Counted from the first letter of the stretch, positions 9,488 to 18,656 are shown. The stretch is 64,000 nt of DNA from Minisyncoccota bacterium (GCA_041674925.1 JBAYUW010000004.1:482-64481); one strand, 5' to 3'. Program-made: numbers and translations. The notes: generated by a model not told the origin, from the letters alone.

Positions 9488-11335
9488 TCAGTCTTCAGAA
9501 GAACTCGAACCGAGACGTTTCTTGTCCTGCTCCCGCAGGGAAACGTAGATGCCATTGAGGGCCATCAATTCCTGATGCGTCCCTTGTTCGGCGATTTCGC
9601 CCTTACCCATGACGATCACTTGATCGCAGCGTTCAGCCCGCGAGACATGATGAGTGATGATGATCACCGTCACGCCCTTCAGATCGAACACATGGTTAAG
9701 GATTTTTTCCGCCGACTCCGGATCCAACTGCGCATCTGGTTCATCCAGAATCAGGATGGGTGTTCCGCGATAGTGAACTCTCGCCAGAGCTAAACGTTGT
9801 CGTTCACCTCCAGAAAAATCTCGTCCACCGAACTCCGTGCCAATTTGTGACTCATACCCTTTCGTGTCTGTGGCCACAACCTCATCGAAGCAGGCAAACT
9901 TGGCCGACTGCTCGACCATCGCCAGATCAATTGGATCACTCAAGCGGGAAGAAGCGATCTCCTCACCCACCCGTCGTTCCAACACGGTGTACTCCTGCGT
10001 CAACGCTGAGGTAACTCTGCTCCAAACCGACGGTTCGATGTTCCGCAGATTAATATCTCCAGCATACACCGCGCCACCAGTCGGATCATAGTGCCTCATG
10101 AGCAACGCTTGAATTGTGGACTTGCCATTACCACTCTTGCCCACAATCGCCACCTTGCTCCCCGGCTCAATCGTGAAGCTTACATCTCGCAACACCAATT
10201 TTTCGGAGTTGGGATAAGCAAAGTTCACATGATCAAACCGCAGGGTTGGCACAATATCGAAACGAGGAACTACCGGATATTCAGTCTTGATTGCCGGTTT
10301 CATGCCGAGGAAATCTTTCTCAATGAGAATTATCCCCTTAGCACAGTTCCACTGATCCGCCACCGCTTGCACAATCGACTGCAGGTTGTTGTTGAACGTC
10401 TTCGCTGCCATCATGACGACCGTCAGAGTTCCCACTTCCCAGCGATGAGTAGTGGTAAGCCAAACAGCATGAATCACAATCGCACAAAAGCCAGTCGTGG
10501 ACAGCAAACCTGCCCAGATCCCCTGCCCGACATTTACTTTCCGCAGTCGATTGTTTGCTTCCAACACGTTCCCGACATTGATATCAATTTCTTTTCTCAA
10601 GGTCGGTAGTTGGTCAAACATGCGGGCTTGGACAAAGACGTTCGTCGAACGATACGCCTTTTCCAACAAATGCCTTCTCTTGTGAGCCGGGACGAGTTCT
10701 TGCGACAAGTTCCACCACATGATCACTCGCTTGAATTGCATCACCACCATCGGTATAGCCATGACAGACAAAACAACAACGTAGATTGGCTGATACCAGA
10801 CAAGCGAAGCGGCAAAGAAGATGAAGGAAATAATATCTGTGAAAACGTTCAGAACGTCCTCAGAGAAATTAACCCTCATCGACCAGCCCGATGGCAACTC
10901 CGAGATCCTTCTTTCCAGATCATCGTATTCCTTACTCCTGAACTGAGCCACATCGAGCGTCGCCCGATGATTGTTCAACTCACGTTGATTGGCAAAGTAC
11001 AGGGTTTGGCTCCACTTACTACGATAAAACGAATGGAGTCGGCTAATGATTACCAGCGAGAGCGAGATGACCACCAAAAGTATCAGTGGCCAAAACAAAT
11101 CACTCGCCAGAAACTCCTGTGCCGAGTTTATCCCCCCATCATTCTTCGCGTGCGTCTGTTGAACAGCGTTCAAAATCCAGCCCGTGGCTTGGATGAACGA
11201 ATATCCCAACAGAGTATTGATCACCGAGACGACGATTCGAATGGCCGTCTCTTTCTTGTTGTTTCGCCAGCAAAACGCCAGCGAATATCGCCCCGCCAAG
11301 ATCATCGTAACGACGGCTTCCTTAAACTTGTTCAT
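9488..11335 (-). CDS. ABC exporter, fused permease/ATPase (MsbA/multidrug type), GC-rich
   Basis: 615 aa with six-helix TMD. Walker A GKSGNGKST, signature FSGGERQRLALAR, Walker B ILILDEPDAQLD. Several long antisense ORFs are typical of high-GC coding DNA. Confidence 0.85.
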   Translation of the reverse strand: MNKFKEAVVTMILAGRYSLAFCWRNNKKETAIRIVVSVINTLLGYSFIQATGWILNAVQQTHAKNDGGINSAQEFLASDLFWPLILLVVISLSLVIISRLHSFYRSKWSQTLYFANQRELNNHRATLDVAQFRSKEYDDLERRISELPSGWSMRVNFSEDVLNVFTDIISFIFFAASLVWYQPIYVVVLSVMAIPMVVMQFKRVIMWWNLSQELVPAHKRRHLLEKAYRSTNVFVQARMFDQLPTLRKEIDINVGNVLEANNRLRKVNVGQGIWAGLLSTTGFCAIVIHAVWLTTTHRWEVGTLTVVMMAAKTFNNNLQSIVQAVADQWNCAKGIILIEKDFLGMKPAIKTEYPVVPRFDIVPTLRFDHVNFAYPNSEKLVLRDVSFTIEPGSKVAIVGKSGNGKSTIQALLMRHYDPTGGAVYAGDINLRNIEPSVWSRVTSALTQEYTVLERRVGEEIASSRLSDPIDLAMVEQSAKFACFDEVVATDTKGYESQIGTEFGGRDFSGGERQRLALARVHYRGTPILILDEPDAQLDPESAEKILNHVFDLKGVTVIIITHHVSRAERCDQVIVMGKGEIAEQGTHQELMALNGIYVSLREQDKKRLGSSSSED

Positions 11336-11396
11336 CGAACACCCCTTCTGTTAGTTTGACAAAGGACAAAATCGATTCTCCTTCTATTCCGGGACA

Positions 11397-11425
11397 ATTA
11401 TAGCAAATAATTATTGAAAAGTCAA
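11397..11425 (-). promoter_or_regulatory. sigma70 consensus promoter TTGACT-N17-TATAAT (cassette B)
   Basis: Minus strand TTGACTtttcaataattatttgcTATAAT, ~55-nt leader, SD GAAGGGG. Confidence 0.6.
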
Positions 11426-11431
11426 GGACGG

Positions 11432-11662
11432 CTATTCCATCGCTTTCTTCAAGTCCGCCTGATATTTCATCATGACTTCCATAGTCGCCTTTTGCTGATC
11501 CATACCACCTTTTATTTTCTCTTGAACTTCTCCGGCGATGTCGGAAAAAAGCTTGGGATTTTTTTCCACCGCGGCGATTATTTTATTTTGTTGATCCTCA
11601 GGAATCCCTTGCAACTGATTCTTCAACATTTTCTTTAATAATAAATCTTTAAAAAATGACAT
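11432..11662 (-). CDS. small hypothetical protein, 76 aa
   Basis: Lys/Gln-rich helical sequence, same strand as neighbours. The antisense track ORF is judged spurious. Confidence 0.4.
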   Translation of the reverse strand: MSFFKDLLLKKMLKNQLQGIPEDQQNKIIAAVEKNPKLFSDIAGEVQEKIKGGMDQQKATMEVMMKYQADLKKAME

Positions 11663-11674
11663 TGTTTGATTATA

Positions 11675-12694
11675 TCAAATTAACTCATCAAGTGGAAAGT
11701 CTAATCTTTTCAAAATCTTTTGGGCCTCATCGGGATTAGCGATTCTCGGCTGAGCAATTTGTTCCATAAATACCGGCTGAAGATGGATCTTTTCAATTCT
11801 ATTTTTGCTAAAGTAAATTTTAATAGCCAGACTTTCTCTGGTCTCGATTGACTGAGGTTGGTCGAAAATAAAGTTGCCTAAACTGTAAAAAATATACTTT
11901 CCTTGATATTTTTCTAAAGTTTGAATGACGTGCGGATGATGACCAAGGATCAAATCAGCTCCAGCCTCAATCGCCGCGTGAGCAAAACTAATTTGAGAAT
12001 CATTTGGTCTTTCAATATATTCTGTCCCCGAATGCATAGACACAATCACAAAGTCTGCTTTTTGTTTGGCTTCACTAACCGCCGCAGTCATCTTATCAAT
12101 CCGCATAAAAGCTGTGCCGAAATTGTTTTCTAAGGCTTCATAGGAAGCCGGGACAACATCGGGATCATTGTAGGCCAAAAAGGCAAATCTTATCCCTTGT
12201 CTCTCCAGATATACCGGACGATTAGCTTCTTGTTCATTCCTGCCAGCGCCAACGTATTTGATTCCCGCTAAATCTAGATAATTAAAGGTGTCACTCAATC
12301 CTTTATCGCCGAAATTTGGCGTGTGATTATTAGCTAGAGATAAAATGGAAAACCCAGCCTTCCTTAAAGCCTGTTCGGTTCCCGGATTTGATCGAAAGAG
12401 CATAGTAAAAGCTGGAATCTCTGTTCCAGGAGTAATTGGTGTTTCTAGATTTCCAAAGACTAAATCAGCACTTTTTAAATAATCAGATATTTTTAATAAA
12501 GGATAATTGACATCTTTATTTTTAGTCACCATTCTCTCTACCCCGCGCGAATAGGAAATATCGCCAACTGCAATCAGAGAGACGAGCGAGGTGTTTTGTT
12601 TCTGTGCTGGAGCATACAGAATCAGTGTTGTTAATATAAATAATACAATAGTGAAACCAATAATCTTTCTTGTCATACCCAAATAATATATCAC
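11675..12694 (-). CDS. CapA/PGA-cap family metallophosphoesterase
   Basis: 339 aa with N-terminal TM. Motifs VGDISYSR, LANNHTPNFG, GHHPHV. Confidence 0.75.
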   Translation of the reverse strand: MIYYLGMTRKIIGFTIVLFILTTLILYAPAQKQNTSLVSLIAVGDISYSRGVERMVTKNKDVNYPLLKISDYLKSADLVFGNLETPITPGTEIPAFTMLFRSNPGTEQALRKAGFSILSLANNHTPNFGDKGLSDTFNYLDLAGIKYVGAGRNEQEANRPVYLERQGIRFAFLAYNDPDVVPASYEALENNFGTAFMRIDKMTAAVSEAKQKADFVIVSMHSGTEYIERPNDSQISFAHAAIEAGADLILGHHPHVIQTLEKYQGKYIFYSLGNFIFDQPQSIETRESLAIKIYFSKNRIEKIHLQPVFMEQIAQPRIANPDEAQKILKRLDFPLDELI

Positions 12695-13215
12695 AAAATA
12701 CCACCCTCATATATCACCTTGAGTTTTTTCAAGCCACGGTGTAATTGCACAGTAATCGCGTTTTTACTTTGACCAGTCACTAATGAAATTTCATGCAAAG
12801 ACAAATCCTGCACGTAGCGCAAACGCATCACTTGTCTATATATTTCTGGTAGACGCTGAATTAAGATAATCGCTGTTTTACCGTCGAGAAAATTGATTAG
12901 CGGATCAGAATTACCCGTGCTTGGTTCAAAGCCTTTTTCCAATAGTGTATCAAGTGAACTGGTTTTACGTTTTCGATATTCATCTATAATTAAATTATTA
13001 AGGACATGATAAAGAAAAGCTTTCATCAGATCAATTTTTCCACCCTTGACCAAATATAGCCAAGTCTTCATGAAAGTTTCTTGAACCATACTTTCACTCA
13101 AAGCATGATCACTGAGCTTGAAAAAGGCTCGGGCATTCAGGCCTTTTTGAAAATCACGATGAGCGATCGTCAAGATTTCTTGTTGATCGATTGTTTGTTT
13201 TGGTGTCATCATCAT
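12691..13215 (-). CDS. ECF-type RNA polymerase sigma factor
   Basis: 174 aa. Region 2 ESMVQETFMKTWLYL and region 4 LSLHEISLVTGQSKNAITVQLHRGLKKLK. A 4-nt overlap with the capA-like gene. Confidence 0.8.
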   Translation of the reverse strand: MMMTPKQTIDQQEILTIAHRDFQKGLNARAFFKLSDHALSESMVQETFMKTWLYLVKGGKIDLMKAFLYHVLNNLIIDEYRKRKTSSLDTLLEKGFEPSTGNSDPLINFLDGKTAIILIQRLPEIYRQVMRLRYVQDLSLHEISLVTGQSKNAITVQLHRGLKKLKVIYEGGIL

Positions 13216-13384
13216 AAATTAAGCCGAATTAGGCTAGTTTATATTACCTAGATATTACAAAGTAAGAAAAATACAAGCCAAACAGCTCGAGGAGCTATTA
13301 CTTGAACATTACAAATAAGTGTATCATAGTTTGTTATTTATTACTAACTTGTAATAATTAAATAGTTTATACGACATTAAGGGT

Positions 13385-13942
13385 ATGAAAACATTTAATA
13401 AAGAAATCGAGCCGGAATTGATCGAGCATATTTGGGAAAAGAGTTGGACCTATGTTAAAACCGTGGTCGATATTGTCAGAGAGCCAGTCTTAATTTTAGA
13501 CAAAGACCTGCGGGTAATGGCCGCTAATGAATCGTTTTATAGGACCTTCCAGGTCGAACATATTGATACGGAAAAAAAGATTGTCTATGAACTGGGTAAC
13601 GGACAATGGAATATCCCCGCCTTAAAAAAGCTTCTTGAAGATATTTTACCAAAAAACACTTTTTTTAAGGGTTTTGAAGTAACTCATAATTTCCCGGTCA
13701 TCGGCCGAAAAATTATTATTCTCAATGCCAGACAAATTCACTTTAAAGAAGACGCTACCTCAGAAAAATTTCCACCGATTATCCTCCTCGCTATGGAAGA
13801 TGTGACTGACATGATGGTCGTAGCCGAAACTCTAGCTGATCACGCTAACCACTTGGAGATTAAAGTTTTAGCCAAGACGAAAAAACTTGAATCATATATC
13901 AAAAGACTAGAAACGGAGGTTAAAAATCTGAAGAAAAAATAA
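13385..13942 (+). CDS. stand-alone PAS (PAS_10-like) domain protein with C-terminal coiled coil
   Basis: ILDKDLRVMAANESFYRTFQV..YELGNGQWNIPALKKLLEDILP resembles the PAS fold found in CheB/CheR fusion sensors. Confidence 0.6.
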   Translation: MKTFNKEIEPELIEHIWEKSWTYVKTVVDIVREPVLILDKDLRVMAANESFYRTFQVEHIDTEKKIVYELGNGQWNIPALKKLLEDILPKNTFFKGFEVTHNFPVIGRKIIILNARQIHFKEDATSEKFPPIILLAMEDVTDMMVVAETLADHANHLEIKVLAKTKKLESYIKRLETEVKNLKKK

Positions 13943-14034
13943 AACTTGTAATATGCCCAATCGCTTCACGGCATCATTAGTGGTCGAAAGTTATACCAGA
14001 CATTCCTAAATTTAATATCTTAATAAAAAAACAC

Positions 14035-14400
14035 ATGACAAAAAAAATTAATCTAATAATCGGAACCAGCCTATCATTAGCTGTTGTGATGGCTATGTTG
14101 GTCTCTGTTCCTCAAGCTAGTGCCTATACAACAAATATCACAGTCGGTACTGACATGACAATCGGCAGCACCGGTGCCAATGTCGTCGCTCTTCAGGGTC
14201 TATTATCAGAGCTAGGACATCTAGATATCCCAATTAATGTTCCTCATGGTTATTTCGGTGCCATGACCCAAGATGCTGTCGCTCGATATCAAATGTCACA
14301 ATCAGTAACCCCAACCGCTGGTTATTTCGGACCAGTTTCCAAAGTGGCAATGCATAATCATTTCGCAGCTCACAATTGGTTGACCTTACTTGGTTGGTAA
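14035..14400 (+). CDS. secreted peptidoglycan-binding domain protein
   Basis: Signal peptide plus PG_binding_1-like GSTGANVVALQGLLSELG..GYFGAMTQDAVARYQ. Confidence 0.65.
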   Translation: MTKKINLIIGTSLSLAVVMAMLVSVPQASAYTTNITVGTDMTIGSTGANVVALQGLLSELGHLDIPINVPHGYFGAMTQDAVARYQMSQSVTPTAGYFGPVSKVAMHNHFAAHNWLTLLGW

Positions 14401-14435
14401 TATATTTCGGATTCTAGCTTATCTTGTATCAAATG

Positions 14436-14473
14436 AAACAGACATAACATAATAGTTGTGTCTGTTTCGTTTG
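14436..14473 (+). terminator. rho-independent terminator
   Basis: AAACAGACA..TGTGTCTGTTT stem followed by CGTTT. Confidence 0.6.
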
Positions 14474-14475
14474 AT

Positions 14476-14510
14476 AGAAAAAATCGCCCCAGCACAGGCC
14501 AGAGCGATTC
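14476..14510 (-). terminator. probable terminator of cassette C
   Basis: Minus strand GAATCGC...GCGATT followed by TTTTTC. Confidence 0.45.
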
Positions 14511-14526
14511 ACGTATCGGCGATGAC

Positions 14527-14754
14527 TCAAGTAGCCGTCGCCCGAATCAAAGGCTTCCCACCGATGACAACCCCATCCTTCAAATAAAGTGGTAGTCCTT
14601 GAGGATTGAAGACCCCACTTCCATCGTGGTGATGGAGACGCTTACACTCTTTTCTCCCGCATACCAGGACGTCCGTATATCCACGGCTCGTCATAGCGGA
14701 CACCTGAACGTGCATACCCACCTGAGCACCACAACCACTCTCACAGCAGTTCAT
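14527..14754 (-). CDS. small Cys/His-rich protein, 75 aa (GC-rich cassette C)
   Basis: SD AAGGAGGAG 3 nt before ATG: MNCCESGCGAQVG..CGRKECKRLHHHDG. No family recognised. Confidence 0.45.
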   Translation of the reverse strand: MNCCESGCGAQVGMHVQVSAMTSRGYTDVLVCGRKECKRLHHHDGSGVFNPQGLPLYLKDGVVIGGKPLIRATAT

Positions 14755-14839
14755 GTCTCCTCCTTCGGCGTCGAAAATATAAGTATCTTGTCTCTCTATA
14801 ATTAAATTACACCTTTTTATAAGAAATGCAATAGGTCGA

Positions 14840-15154
14840 TCATAGTGTGGTCGAAGTTAAAGGTGGTGTGTTTTTAGCGAAAATAGTTAATTCTTTTTGT
14901 TTTTTCAGCTCGTCCTCAAGTTTTAAATTAATTTTTTGTAGTTTTCTATATTGTAAATAATTTTTAAAACTTCCCGGCAGGGCCAATAGGGCAACAATTG
15001 CTAAAACAACGCTAATCGTTAGAAACATGACTAGAGATAAAGAGCCGGAAAATTGCCAGGAAAATAAACTGACCGTTACAATTTCGGTGTTTTGTAAAAT
15101 AAAAATCACCACTAAACCGCCGAGGATCAGACCACCAATGAAGAGTATTATCAT
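14840..15154 (-). CDS. LapA-domain (DUF1049-like) membrane protein
   Basis: 104 aa with two TM helices, a QNTEIVTVSLFSWQF motif and a C-terminal coiled coil. Confidence 0.55.
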   Translation of the reverse strand: MIILFIGGLILGGLVVIFILQNTEIVTVSLFSWQFSGSLSLVMFLTISVVLAIVALLALPGSFKNYLQYRKLQKINLKLEDELKKQKELTIFAKNTPPLTSTTL

Positions 15155-15228
15155 AATTTTAAATATTATCTTTTTTAAACTACACCTATATGCCGTTCGA
15201 GCTATTATTTAGTTACACTCGGAAAAAC

Positions 15229-15477
15229 TTATCTGGTCCTTATATCTCCCAGAATATTATTCAACTCTTCAGCAATATTCTGAAACCATGGCACCACCCC
15301 GATAATATTCAAAACCCAACCCAGCAAGGCAATCGCGATCAATAAACCCAGCAAATACCCCACCGCTCGCCAAATGCCTTGGGTAAACATTTTCCAGCGA
15401 GTAGGACGCAGTTCTTCTTCGATGACGGATAAATGTTTATTAATTATCCCTAATTGCTCTTTTAATTCTGGGTCCAT
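15229..15477 (-). CDS. small membrane protein (DUF5665-like)
   Basis: Start moved to MDPELKEQ because TGtTATAAT lies 6 nt upstream. The track ORF extends to 15507. Confidence 0.45.
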   Translation of the reverse strand: MDPELKEQLGIINKHLSVIEEELRPTRWKMFTQGIWRAVGYLLGLLIAIALLGWVLNIIGVVPWFQNIAEELNNILGDIRTR

Positions 15478-15483
15478 GTGGAT

Positions 15484-15492
15484 ATTATAACA
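15484..15492 (-). promoter_or_regulatory. extended -10 box TGtTATAAT, 6 nt before ATG (leaderless-type)
   Basis: Minus strand taTGtTATAATatccacATG, inside the 3' end of the upstream ORF. Confidence 0.5.
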
Positions 15493-15499
15493 TAAAATG

Positions 15500-16111
15500 C
15501 TAACCAAATCTGTTAATAAATTCTTCTCTGGACATTTTAAATACTAACGGCTCGCTATCATTACCTGGCTGAGCAATAAATCCAAATCTCTTGGCAAGGG
15601 GATGAATTAGTAAGAGAGAACTCCCACCAACCTCAGTGATATCCGGACTTCTTTCCAAAAGCTGGGCAATTAAATTTAGGGATTCTTTTATCTGACCCAG
15701 TTTCGGTGACTGATCGGTTGGGGGAATATGAATTACAATTTTATTATCTACTTTTCCATCACCAGTTAATTGATAGGCAAAAATACCAATTCTAATCCAG
15801 TCTTTCATCATTTCCGAGTCCCAATTATTATTATCTTCGTGGAAGTTGTTCTTGGTTTTAAAAATATACTCAAGATATGCCCTAGCGTTATCAAAATCAG
15901 TAAGGTCGTCTAGATTATAGTCGGGCATTTTTAAGACGAGTTCCCTAAGAGTCATTGCTTCATTATCTGTGCGACCACTCTTGTCGAATTCGGCAAGTAG
16001 TTTTTCTCTCGGCTGAATTTTATCATCCTGACAGATCCTCAGAATAAGACCAGCGTTTATTTTAACGTGTTCTTGTTCCCTTTCATTCGTGATTGATTTC
16101 GGTCCTTCCAT
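15500..16111 (-). CDS. hypothetical protein, 203 aa
   Basis: Long ORF in operon orientation with no motif recognised. Confidence 0.5.
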   Translation of the reverse strand: MEGPKSITNEREQEHVKINAGLILRICQDDKIQPREKLLAEFDKSGRTDNEAMTLRELVLKMPDYNLDDLTDFDNARAYLEYIFKTKNNFHEDNNNWDSEMMKDWIRIGIFAYQLTGDGKVDNKIVIHIPPTDQSPKLGQIKESLNLIAQLLERSPDITEVGGSSLLLIHPLAKRFGFIAQPGNDSEPLVFKMSREEFINRFG

Positions 16112-16125
16112 AATAAAATTATATC

Positions 16126-16521
16126 CTACATATGCCCTTTTTTTCTGTGTTCTTTTTTAATTTTCCAATATATATTCTCTGAACCGGCGTCAGTGTTTTT
16201 GTCTCTATTTTTAAACAAATTAGCCGGGTATTTTTTCTTAACTTTTTCTAATTTATCTAACAAGATCTTTCCGGTATCAAAACCCAACAACACACTCATA
16301 TCGAAACAATATGTCAACACATCAGCCAGTTCTTTTTTTATATGCTCAAGTTTTTCTTTGTCTTGTTTAACCTCCCCAAGGCTATTATTAGTCCATTGAA
16401 AGAGCTCCAGTAACTCTGCTGATTCAATACATATTGACTTTGCAATATCGGCTGGTCGCAGATTATCCCAACTTCTCTCCTCCAGGTATTTTTTAATTTC
16501 TCTCTCGTACTTTTTCATCAT
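16126..16521 (-). CDS. MazG-like nucleotide pyrophosphohydrolase
   Basis: IESAELLELFQW and ELADVLTYCFDM match the MazG/dCTPase-type four-helix motif pair. Start set at the first ATG; the track starts at a TTG at 16536. Confidence 0.7.
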   Translation of the reverse strand: MMKKYEREIKKYLEERSWDNLRPADIAKSICIESAELLELFQWTNNSLGEVKQDKEKLEHIKKELADVLTYCFDMSVLLGFDTGKILLDKLEKVKKKYPANLFKNRDKNTDAGSENIYWKIKKEHRKKGHM

Positions 16522-16588
16522 AGTATTATACACCAAAATCTTACTTATCGCTTTCTGAAATAAGATCCAGTATAATAGTGTTGTTTTC

Positions 16589-16662
16589 GGGCGATTAGCT
16601 CAGCTGGTTAGAGCGTACGATTCACATTCGTAAGGCCACAGGTTCGATTCCTGTATCGCCCA
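16589..16662 (+). tRNA. tRNA-Val (anticodon CAC)
   Basis: Hand-folded cloverleaf GGGCGAT/ATCGCCC, D arm GCTC..GAGC, anticodon stem TACGA/TCGTA with loop TTCACAT, T arm ACAGG TTCGATT CCTGT. A TATAAT lies 12 nt upstream. Confidence 0.85.
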
Positions 16663-16717
16663 CCGTTATCTTTTAGACAAATCGAGGAGATGTTATCCGT
16701 TGCGGTGTAAAAGTGGG

Positions 16718-16790
16718 TGGACCCTACAGGACTCGAACCTGCCACCCCCTCATTGCAAATGAGGTGCTCTACCAGATGAGCTAAGGGCCC
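16718..16790 (-). tRNA. tRNA-Cys (anticodon GCA)
   Basis: Minus strand GGGCCCT TA GCTC ATCTGGTA GAGC A CCTCA TTTGCAA TGAGG GGGTG GCAGG TTCGAGT CCTGT AGGGTCC A. Confidence 0.85.
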
Positions 16791-16799
16791 AGTGGATAT

Positions 16800-16828
16800 A
16801 GTCTAGCACAAATCAAAAAGCCGTTCAA
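16800..16828 (-). promoter_or_regulatory. promoter of tRNA-Cys, TTGAAC-N17-TAGACT
   Basis: Minus strand TTGAACggctttttgatttgtgcTAGACT, 9 nt before tRNA position 1. Confidence 0.55.
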
Positions 16829-16835
16829 CTGAAAA

Positions 16836-17129
16836 TTATTCTGGTTTTAGATCTTTGAGTTTATTTAATAAATCCTCGATCTCCTCGCGCCTTTTCTCAA
16901 CTTCTTCTGGCGGATGGTCCAACAAATCTTGTAACCCAACCAGTATTCCTGCCCGAGATTCAATTTTATGTTTTAAAAAATCCTGTCCAAGACGTATCAG
17001 GGTATCAACAATCTTAGCGTCCAGGACAAGTTTATCTTTATCTAATTTTACCAAAAGTTCACCCAGCGCCGCGTCATCTCGATGGATTTGCACTGTTTCT
17101 TCTTCAGTAATTGGTTTTTCTCTTGACAT
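16836..17129 (-). CDS. hypothetical acidic protein, 97 aa
   Basis: Starts 5 nt after the ddl stop on the same strand. The antisense track ORF 16855-17151 is judged spurious. Confidence 0.45.
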   Translation of the reverse strand: MSREKPITEEETVQIHRDDAALGELLVKLDKDKLVLDAKIVDTLIRLGQDFLKHKIESRAGILVGLQDLLDHPPEEVEKRREEIEDLLNKLKDLKPE

Positions 17130-17133
17130 AATT

Positions 17134-18105
17134 TTATTTATTAAGCGCTAAGTTAATAAGATGATCTAAAAATTGTGGCAAAGTACAACCGATCGCCATC
17201 ATCGACTGTGGCGTATGCGAATGGCTGGTCATACCTGGTAAGGTATTAGTTTCTAAGATATAAATTCCACGGCGGGGATGGATAATGAAATCTGAACGAG
17301 AATAATGTCTGAGGCCGAGAGCTTTGTGAGCGTTGACGGCCATCTCTTGAATAATTTTCTTTTCTGCTTCAGCAAAATTTCCCGGACACACAACAACTGG
17401 TTCTTCGCTGACATATTTCGCATTGTAGTCATAAAAATCACTACCAGTTGGTTTACGAATTTCATTTGGTAATAAAGCATAGACTTCTTGATTTCGAAAA
17501 TTATCAACCACGCCACAAGTTGCTTCTTTACCAACAATAAATTCCTCGATCAAAGCTGTATCGGAATAATTTAATGCGTCGGTGATGGCTGATTCTAATT
17601 CCATAATAGTTTTAGCGATATTAGTACCAACTGATGAGCCACCATCAACTGGTTTGACCACAACAGGCATGGGGAAAGTTTTAAAGAGTGTGACAGCTAT
17701 ATTTTTTAGATTATCTGTTTTTGAGACAGTAGCATGAAGCGGAGTTTTGAGTTTATTATTCTTATATACTTTTTTTGATAAGACTTTATTCATACCAACA
17801 GCAGAAGCCAAGGCGGTCGAGCCAGTGTAAGGAATATTAAAATAGTCTAAGAGTTTTTGCACAGTACCGTCTTCACCATAAGCACCGTGTAAAGCATTAA
17901 AAATCACATCCACCTTTTTAAAAAGATTTTCTGGTTTAATGGGTACACCTTGATGATGCCAGACGCCAGCTTTATCAATCAAAATATCCAGTACTTCATA
18001 TTTCTCGGGCAGTAAATTATCAATCACCGATTTACCAGTTTTTAGTGAGACTTCGTATTCGGTCGATGGACCACCCCGCAAAACTCCCACGCGTTTTTTT
18101 GACAT
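17134..18105 (-). CDS. ddl: D-alanine--D-alanine ligase
   Basis: 323 aa with VLRGGPSTEYEVSLKTG, HGAYGEDGTVQKLLDYFNIPYTGS and an ATP-grasp C-terminal LETNTLPGMT. Confidence 0.9.
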   Translation of the reverse strand: MSKKRVGVLRGGPSTEYEVSLKTGKSVIDNLLPEKYEVLDILIDKAGVWHHQGVPIKPENLFKKVDVIFNALHGAYGEDGTVQKLLDYFNIPYTGSTALASAVGMNKVLSKKVYKNNKLKTPLHATVSKTDNLKNIAVTLFKTFPMPVVVKPVDGGSSVGTNIAKTIMELESAITDALNYSDTALIEEFIVGKEATCGVVDNFRNQEVYALLPNEIRKPTGSDFYDYNAKYVSEEPVVVCPGNFAEAEKKIIQEMAVNAHKALGLRHYSRSDFIIHPRRGIYILETNTLPGMTSHSHTPQSMMAIGCTLPQFLDHLINLALNK

Positions 18106-18111
18106 AAAGAA

Positions 18112-18120
18112 ATTATACCA
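18112..18120 (-). promoter_or_regulatory. extended -10 box TGgTATAAT, 6 nt before ddl ATG (leaderless-type)
   Basis: Minus strand ttaTGgTATAATttctttATG. Confidence 0.5.
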
Positions 18121-18121
18121 T

Positions 18122-18152
18122 AAAAAAGACCGGCGAGACCATTCTCGCCGGC
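18122..18152 (-). terminator. rho-independent terminator of cassette D
   Basis: Minus strand GCCGGCGAGaatggtCTCGCCGGT followed by CTTTTTT. Confidence 0.7.
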
Positions 18153-18168
18153 ATTCGACTTCACAGTG

Positions 18169-18642
18169 TCAACAACGACGACGCCTGTGGTATCGTTCTC
18201 GTCGTAAACTCTGTATTTCCTCCCTGACCATAATGACTCCAGCAAGTGCTATAAATGCCCCCGCTAGAATGGTCATCCCCGAATTAAAGTATAACGTCCA
18301 CTGCTTGATGTGTGTGAAGTGACGATGAATTGTCAAATTCAACACATACAAACCGACTGAGACAGTCGCTATGCCAGCGATAACGACGAGCATGAACCCG
18401 ATCGGTTTCAACATCTCAACGCACCAAATTTTCCATCCTGGTTCGACCATCGAAACATATGCCCTCCGTCGCGCCTGCTGCAACAAATGCAAGAAGCAGC
18501 CAAAACAAATGATCTGACCGGCGATTATTTGCAGGCCAAGCCTGATCTCCGGAGGCAACCCTGGCGAAACCAAGGCTACGAAAAGACCGACATACATAGA
18601 CAGCCATAGCATCACCTGCGAATATTTGGACATTTCCTTCAT
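18169..18642 (-). CDS. four-TM membrane protein, 157 aa (GC-rich cassette D)
   Basis: SD AGGAG before ATG; Arg-rich C-terminus RRERYHRRRRC. Wedged between uvrC and ddl. Confidence 0.5.
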   Translation of the reverse strand: MKEMSKYSQVMLWLSMYVGLFVALVSPGLPPEIRLGLQIIAGQIICFGCFLHLLQQARRRAYVSMVEPGWKIWCVEMLKPIGFMLVVIAGIATVSVGLYVLNLTIHRHFTHIKQWTLYFNSGMTILAGAFIALAGVIMVREEIQSLRRERYHRRRRC

Positions 18643-18656
18643 TGCCCGACTCCTAC

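Noticed and set aside
9575-11359. Five to six long plus-strand ORFs (72-249 aa) antisense to the ABC exporter gene
   Set aside because: They have no start context, promoter or SD, and their sequences are Arg/Pro/His-rich and low in complexity. Stop-poor antisense frames are expected in GC-rich coding DNA. The minus-strand ORF has clear ABC motifs.
16855-17151. 98-aa plus ORF antisense to the 97-aa minus ORF downstream of ddl
   Set aside because: The sequence is Ser-rich and low in complexity, and lies opposite to the local operon direction. The minus ORF starts 5 nt after the ddl stop.
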